DNA of 64,000 nt from an uncultured delta proteobacterium (GTDB lineage Bacteria; Desulfobacterota; Desulfobacteria; Desulfobacterales; JAFDCJ01). The stretch covers positions 256,001-320,000 of the forward strand of contig CAVYNY010000016.1 of assembly GCA_963769935.1 (NCBI GenBank). Reading direction: 5' to 3'. The first letter of the stretch is position 1; every line of letters begins with the position of its first letter. The position numbers and the translations under genes were made by a program. Below are positions 59,076 through 64,000 of the stretch, piece after piece. The notes beneath the pieces were generated by a model that made no database searches, was not told the DNA's origin, and was given only the letters and a program-made list of their open reading frames with translations.

Positions 59076-59615
59076 TCATGGTCGTCTTTCAAATTTTTCG
59101 ACCACCGCTTTGTATTTTTCGTGAATCATCTTCTGATCAAACTCCATAAACTCCGCCAGCATGGCCTGGTCTTCTTCGTCAGTGAAGTAAGCTCTGGATG
59201 ACGGGAAGAATACCTTGTCTTCTTTCTCGATATGCTTGGGATAGAATTCGATAAGGGTTTGAAGTTTTTGGGCAAGGTCGGCCAAGGCCGTCTCATCGCC
59301 ATTGCGGTAGCGCGTGTTGGATTCAACAATTGCTTTGGTTGCCCGGCGGCCAAACACATGTTCCTCGATCAGCTCCTTCATGACGCGCCGATCCTCGTCG
59401 GACATCGATTTCTTCTGCAATTCTCGAAATAGAATATCCTCCTCCTTCCCATGATGTGTCCGATCAGCGTACACGCGGATGAAATCAACCGCTATATCCA
59501 CGAATACAGGATCCACCTTGTGCTTTGATTCGATTTTCGATACGACATCTTTGATGACTGAGAGCATGCGTTCTATCAAACGATGCTCTATCATCAGTGG
59601 GGCACGTGCCTGCAT
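59076..59615 (-). CDS. Hemerythrin-like (HHE) domain protein
   Basis: EHRLIE, HHGKEEDILF, EEHV.GR, HIEKEDKVFF. Confidence 0.9.
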   Translation of the reverse strand: MQARAPLMIEHRLIERMLSVIKDVVSKIESKHKVDPVFVDIAVDFIRVYADRTHHGKEEDILFRELQKKSMSDEDRRVMKELIEEHVFGRRATKAIVESNTRYRNGDETALADLAQKLQTLIEFYPKHIEKEDKVFFPSSRAYFTDEEDQAMLAEFMEFDQKMIHEKYKAVVEKFERRP

Positions 59616-59642
59616 GTCTGTTTCCTCCTTTCTTAAATTACC

Positions 59643-59705
59643 ATTTAACCCACCGGCGCCGGACAGCTCAGCTGATAGGCGTCCGATTGCGGTGTTTGGC
59701 TATAC
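59643..59705 (-). other. Degenerate attC-like site upstream of the hemerythrin gene
   Basis: GTATAGC-5-ACCGCAATCGGACGCC..GGCGCCG..GTTAAAT (perfect GTTRRRY 27 bp before the ATG). Confidence 0.45.
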
Positions 59706-59914
59706 CGTAAACCCTATGGTTGCAAAAATAGTCTGCCAAGGTTCGCAGCAGTGCATAGGTATGTGGGCCTGATTTAAAATAAGGATGTTGATGCTGAACA
59801 CAAGCAAAATTAAATGCCGCCATTATACCGTAGAAGGGTGGCAATTGCCCACCGATAGAGGGCATAACTCGGTAATTTTTGGTGGGCAATCCCGACGTCC
59901 CCGAGTTTCCTTGT

Positions 59915-60757
59915 TCAGACCATGGCCGTGCACAGGTGGGTCTTCCGTGGCAGCGGGAGATCATTTCTGCCGTAATAGTACCTTGACGCTGCCTGCGCTG
60001 GACGAAGAAACGAGATTCGGTTAAAACCACACTCTTTCAAAACCAGTTGAATCCCGTCCATGTCGAAATACGAAAGCCACGGCTCGCCTAAAGCGGCCGC
60101 CCTGTCTGCGGATGATCTTTCTCCAGGTCGAGCGAACGTAGATTCTTTTGAGGCAAACGTAAAGACGAGTCTGCTTCCCCGAGGCAGCCGGGCGACACTT
60201 TGGAAGACCCCGCGCACAGTGTCGGGTTGAAGGTATGCCAGGACACCCAGACACGCCATGAAGGTCGGAAGCTTCAAACTGATCGTCGTTCTTGCCAAAA
60301 CTTCCGACAGATTTTCATTTTCCAGGTCAAGGGGCTGAAATTCTACATCGTCCGGAAATTGAATATTCATCTGCTTGAAATGTTCAATCTTGGCAGCCTG
60401 GGTCGCCGGATGATCCATCTCAACAATCCTGAGGTTCCGCGCCCAGCTGGGTTGCCGACAGGCAAAGGTGTCATATCCCGCTCCCAGGTTAACGAATTGG
60501 CGGATTCCGTCTTCGACCGCCAACGATAGTTGGTCCTCAGCATACCTGCTTCTCAAAACAACGTGTGATCGACGTGTTTTCGCCGCCAACGCTCTATGGA
60601 CATCCGGATTCTCACGGATCTTTCGAAGCACGTCATCGCGAAGCAGTGATGGCGAAACAGGATCGTCAAGAATGGGTGGCAATTCATCCAGCAGTTGATG
60701 CACGGTGCGTATTACCGATACGCTTAACGCAGTATTGCTTGGTCGGTCATCCCTCAT
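59915..60757 (-). CDS. SAM-dependent methyltransferase (LCM/TIGR00027-like)
   Basis: LRSRYAED, QFVNLGAGYDT, EMDHPATQ, LGVLAYL, ALGEPW. Confidence 0.88.
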   Translation of the reverse strand: MRDDRPSNTALSVSVIRTVHQLLDELPPILDDPVSPSLLRDDVLRKIRENPDVHRALAAKTRRSHVVLRSRYAEDQLSLAVEDGIRQFVNLGAGYDTFACRQPSWARNLRIVEMDHPATQAAKIEHFKQMNIQFPDDVEFQPLDLENENLSEVLARTTISLKLPTFMACLGVLAYLQPDTVRGVFQSVARLPRGSRLVFTFASKESTFARPGERSSADRAAALGEPWLSYFDMDGIQLVLKECGFNRISFLRPAQAASRYYYGRNDLPLPRKTHLCTAMV

Positions 60758-60791
60758 AGGCTGTTAGCAAAGAGAAAAATAACTTTGGATG

Positions 60792-60947
60792 TTATTGACC
60801 GGTGTTCGTCTCGGTGACGATATCACCCGAGCGTTCTTCGAAATTAACGCGGTTCAGATCATCTGAGAATATCCGCCGGCGCTCGATTCCGTGAACCATA
60901 ATATGATGCGAAGCCCCAATTGAATCGATGCGAGCTTTGCGTGGCAT
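60792..60947 (-). pseudogene. N-terminal fragment of a REP-associated tyrosine transposase (RAYT/Y1); absent from ORF track
   Basis: MPRKARIDSIGASHHIMVHGIERRRIFSDDLNRVNFEERSGDIVTET, stop before the HUH motif. Confidence 0.8.
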
Positions 60948-61390
60948 GCTGCCCTTATATCAAACGACGTCCGGTTATAAAAGTTATAATTTTGCGGCTT
61001 CCATACACCCCTAATGAGGTTAACTTGAGTCCTGTATCCCTTACACGGAAGCCCCTCGTGCCATTCCGGCGAAAGTCGGAATTCAGTCTTTTCAAGCTCT
61101 CCCGGCCGCCTGATTTATTCGACTGACGATACTGAGAATAAAAAAGCAGGGTATGTGATTTTCCCGATCCCTCAGGTTTTGATGAGAATATTGTCATGAC
61201 AATATTCTCAATCTCCTATCCATCCGAAATGACAGTATTTTTATACTTTTTTTGGAATTCCTGAAGCATTTCGTCTCACAATATTATCAGCTCCTTTTTT
61301 AAAAATCATGTTCCAAGATTTGAACCTGAATGTATGTAAGTAACCGTTATAACATCAATTAGGGTTTCCTCTCATTCAATTATTATTACT

Positions 61391-61406
61391 TGGCATGGTA
61401 TGTGCT
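61391..61406 (+). promoter_or_regulatory. Sigma-54 promoter upstream of cheW'-mcp
   Basis: TGGCATGGTATGTGCT = GG-N10-GC. Confidence 0.6.
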
Positions 61407-61439
61407 TTATACGTTCCGGTTAATTTGCCAAAGGAAAAA

Positions 61440-61610
61440 AACACGGATATCAAAGCCGAAGATATCGAAAATACCCCCACCTTCGGCACTAAATTGAACA
61501 CGGATTACATCCTGGGAATGGCCAAGATGGGAGGCGGCGTCAAAATCCTGCTGGATACTGACAAGGTACTCAACAGTGAAGAGCTGACCCTTCTGAAAGA
61601 AGCGGCCTGA
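61440..61610 (+). pseudogene. cheW: C-terminal fragment of CheW
   Basis: IKAEDIENTPTFGTKLNTDYILGMAK..GVKILLDTDKVL; N-terminal two thirds absent. Confidence 0.8.
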
Positions 61611-61645
61611 TAAATTTAAAATTTAAATTCAAGGAGGCATTACTC

Positions 61646-63241
61646 ATGCTAAAAAATCTTAAACTCAGTACAAAACTTTGGAGCTTGACCGGTTTGTTGC
61701 TGGTGGCGGTGGCGCTGGTCGCGTTAAATTCGGTTTGGTCGATCAATGGTATCCTCTCAGACAACCATAAATACGTCGAGGCTGCCGATTACGATAATTT
61801 TATGGTTCAAAAAGAAGTCGATCATTTAAAATGGATCAACAGGGTCAAGGATCTTTTTGTCGAAAAGCTGGATCACACCGACGTTCAACTGGATTATACC
61901 CAATGCGGTCTTGGAAAATTTTTATACGGTGAACAGGGCAAAGCGCTTGCTGCAAGTGATCCGGCCCTCGCAGGCCTGCTGGAAGCGATAAAACAGGCGC
62001 ATATACACCTGCATGAATCTGCAGGCCTGATAAACAGCACGGTCAAAGAAAAGGGCCACGAAGCAGCATTTTTAATTTTTAAACAAAATACGGTTCCGGC
62101 CCTGGAAGAAACTCAGAGCAAAATGAAGGCCTTAGGCGATAAATTAAAAGAGATCAAAGAAACCTCCAAAGATGAAATGGTTGCGACGGGATCAACCTCC
62201 CGGTGGTCGGCAATTTTGGCCACCGTAATTGCAGTTATTTTAGGCGCCCTTCTAAGTTTTTTGGTCATTCGGTCCATAACCAAACCCATCAACCGCGTCA
62301 TCGAAGGCTTGAATGAGGGTGCCGAGCAGGTGGCCTCGGCATCGGGTCAGGTATCCTCGGCCAGCCAGTCGTTGGCCGAGGGCTCATCGGAACAGGCGGC
62401 CTCCATTGAGGAAACCTCTTCTTCTTTGGAGGAGATGTCGTCGATGACCAAACAAAATGCCGGCAATGCCGGACAGGCCGATAATCTGATGAAAGAAGCC
62501 AATCAGGTGGTAGGTAAGGCCAACCAGTCCATGACGGATCTGACCGGTTCGATGCAGGAGATTTCCAAGGCCAGCGAGGAGACCTCCAAAATTATCAAGA
62601 CCATCGATGAAATCGCCTTTCAGACCAATCTGCTGGCCTTAAATGCGGCGGTGGAAGCCGCCCGGGCCGGGGAAGCCGGCGCCGGTTTTGCGGTGGTGGC
62701 CGACGAGGTCAGAAATTTAGCTATGCGGGCGGCCGAGGCTGCCAAAAATACGGCTGCGCTGATTGAAGGCACGGTGAAAAAAGTCAATGACGGCTCCGAG
62801 CTGGTCTCTCGCACCAATGAGGCTTTCAGTCAGGTGGCCGAGAGCGCCGCCAAGGTGGGTGAGCTGGTGGCTGAAATTGCAGCAGCCTCCAGAGAGCAGG
62901 CACAGGGCATCGAGCAGGTCAACACGGCGGTTTCTGAAATGGACAAGGTCACTCAACAAAATGCCGCCAACGCCGAAGAATCGGCCTCCGCTTCGGAAGA
63001 GATGAGCGCCCAGGCCGAGGAGATGAAGGCGATCGTTGAAGATCTGGCGGCTTTGGTGGGCGGCAGCGCAAACGGCGCAAGACGCGGCCCCTCGCAGGCA
63101 GTAAGATCTTCCCAGGCCGGATTCCATTCGGGGTTGGTGTCGCCGCGAAAAAAGATCAAAAAATTGCCGGTTCATCAAGCCAATGAAGGATCGCCTGAGC
63201 AGATTATCCCGCTGGATGATGATTCTTTCAAGGATTTTTAG
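61646..63241 (+). CDS. Methyl-accepting chemotaxis protein with CZB-like sensor
   Basis: Two TM helices; [19 protein letters not shown] between them; [37 protein letters not shown]. Confidence 0.93.
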   Translation: MLKNLKLSTKLWSLTGLLLVAVALVALNSVWSINGILSDNHKYVEAADYDNFMVQKEVDHLKWINRVKDLFVEKLDHTDVQLDYTQCGLGKFLYGEQGKALAASDPALAGLLEAIKQAHIHLHESAGLINSTVKEKGHEAAFLIFKQNTVPALEETQSKMKALGDKLKEIKETSKDEMVATGSTSRWSAILATVIAVILGALLSFLVIRSITKPINRVIEGLNEGAEQVASASGQVSSASQSLAEGSSEQAASIEETSSSLEEMSSMTKQNAGNAGQADNLMKEANQVVGKANQSMTDLTGSMQEISKASEETSKIIKTIDEIAFQTNLLALNAAVEAARAGEAGAGFAVVADEVRNLAMRAAEAAKNTAALIEGTVKKVNDGSELVSRTNEAFSQVAESAAKVGELVAEIAAASREQAQGIEQVNTAVSEMDKVTQQNAANAEESASASEEMSAQAEEMKAIVEDLAALVGGSANGARRGPSQAVRSSQAGFHSGLVSPRKKIKKLPVHQANEGSPEQIIPLDDDSFKDF

Positions 63242-63263
63242 GCCGTTTTAGAGCAATGCACAT

Positions 63264-63286
63264 AGGGGCAGGACCCCCCTGCCCCT
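63264..63286. terminator. GC-rich hairpin after mcp
   Basis: AGGGGCAGG-ACCC-CCTGCCCCT; weak U tract. Confidence 0.55.
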
Positions 63287-63400
63287 TAAACGTTCGTGAA
63301 TCTTAAGCCGATAGCTGAGGAAAATAGCATGCATGAGATCAACATGCCGGATATTATCAGGCCGGTTACGGATGGAATCGGGATGCTGGAAAAATTAAAG

Positions 63401-63630
63401 GGCGAACACTCAACTTGGGGTTCGCGAAAAAAATAATTCACAGTTTGGCGTTGAGGCGTCCGGCCTGCAAGGCGCGAAAACGCAGGAATATCTGGATATT
63501 CCGAGCTTTCGCAACGCAGCCGGTCGGGATGCATCGGCGTATAAAATGTGAAGTTATTTTTGAGTGAGCCCTTAACCGACACAAATGGAGCGCAGCGAAA
63601 TTTGCCTCCCTATTAAAGCCGTTGTTGTTT
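63401..63630 (-). other. Degenerate attC-like site interrupted by MITE copy 2
   Basis: Minus strand after the trmO stop: AAACAAC-5-CTTTAATA..CAAATTTCGCTGCGCTCCATTTG..GGTTAAG-6-GTTCGCC; 73 bp when the MITE is removed. Confidence 0.6.
63418..63571. mobile_element. 154-bp MITE-like hairpin element, copy 2
   Basis: Central ~50 bp and 3' ~45 bp identical to copy 1; flanks TTG/TTA. Confidence 0.8.
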
Positions 63631-63632
63631 TT

Positions 63633-64000
63633 CTATTTCTTAAAATCTCTCAAACCTCGCACCGCGGCCGCATCATCTGAAACAGCGTCCTGCCACCCGG
63701 ATTCAGCAGCTGCTCGCGAGTCAAATCTTTGTATGTAGGGCTTAATGTCAAGCAAGGGCGTACCATCCAGTATATCAATTTCACTGACATAAAGGATGTT
63801 ATCTTCAACCCTCAGCAACCGCACAAGGCTCATACCCAATTTATTGGGGCGATGTGGAGCGCGAGTAGCAAAAATTCCACGCTCTTCCTCTGAAAGAAAA
63901 GGCTTGACACGCAGACAGGTCTTCCGTGATTGATTGAAATAGTAAAATAAGTAAATATGAGAGAATCCTTGTAAGTCTTTCAAACCGTCCATATACTGAG
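63633..64000 (-). CDS. trmO: tRNA m6t6A37 methyltransferase TrmO/TsaA family (5' end outside window)
   Basis: GFSHIYL, RGIFATRAPHRPNKLGMS, DILDGTPLLDIKPY. Confidence 0.9.
   Translation of the reverse strand, partial: QYMDGLKDLQGFSHIYLFYYFNQSRKTCLRVKPFLSEEERGIFATRAPHRPNKLGMSLVRLLRVEDNILYVSEIDILDGTPLLDIKPYIQRFDSRAAAESGWQDAVSDDAAAVRGLRDFKK

Noticed and set aside
58891..59079. Similar short ORFs at 58891-59079 and 63286-63582 as a peptide family
   Set aside because: They are read-throughs of the MITE with different starts and no RBS.
63325..63410. Receiver-domain-like relic (PDIIRPVTDGIGMLEKLK)
   Set aside because: Too short and degenerate to call.

Overview
64 kb from a sulfate-reducing Desulfobacterota genome (Desulfobacterales-like; inferred from tmcABCD, dsrC, flx and ahbA). 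In order: (1) end of a type IV pilus locus (pilY1, pilY2-like, sigma-54 pilin); (2) miaA and the tmcDCBA operon on the minus strand; (3) a divergent redox operon in which a selenocysteine HdrA is split in two, with a NuoE/NuoF/NuoG'-like (HydCBA-like) module inserted at the break, followed by Sec-MvhD/FlxD, flxCBA and dsrC (the ORF track misses or truncates both Sec genes); (4) ahbA, nitrilase, RND efflux, rarD, crotonase, CoA-transferase and FGGY kinase genes; (5) a sigma-54-controlled TusA-MvhD-HdrA-HdrA-wHTH-QmoC-like-DsrE operon; (6) a run of gene fragments, frameshifted kbl, tdh, a cysteine desulfurase and pyrimidine reduction genes (hydA-preT-preA); (7) an accessory end with decayed attC-like sites, two of which carry the same 155-bp MITE at the same offset, plus a RAYT relic and a CZB chemoreceptor. 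Intergenic DNA is rich in nested palindromic repeats and 7-9-mer tandem arrays, one of which flanks an internally deleted four-helix-bundle gene. No rRNA, tRNA or CRISPR array was seen. All family calls come from motif recognition by eye, not database searches.
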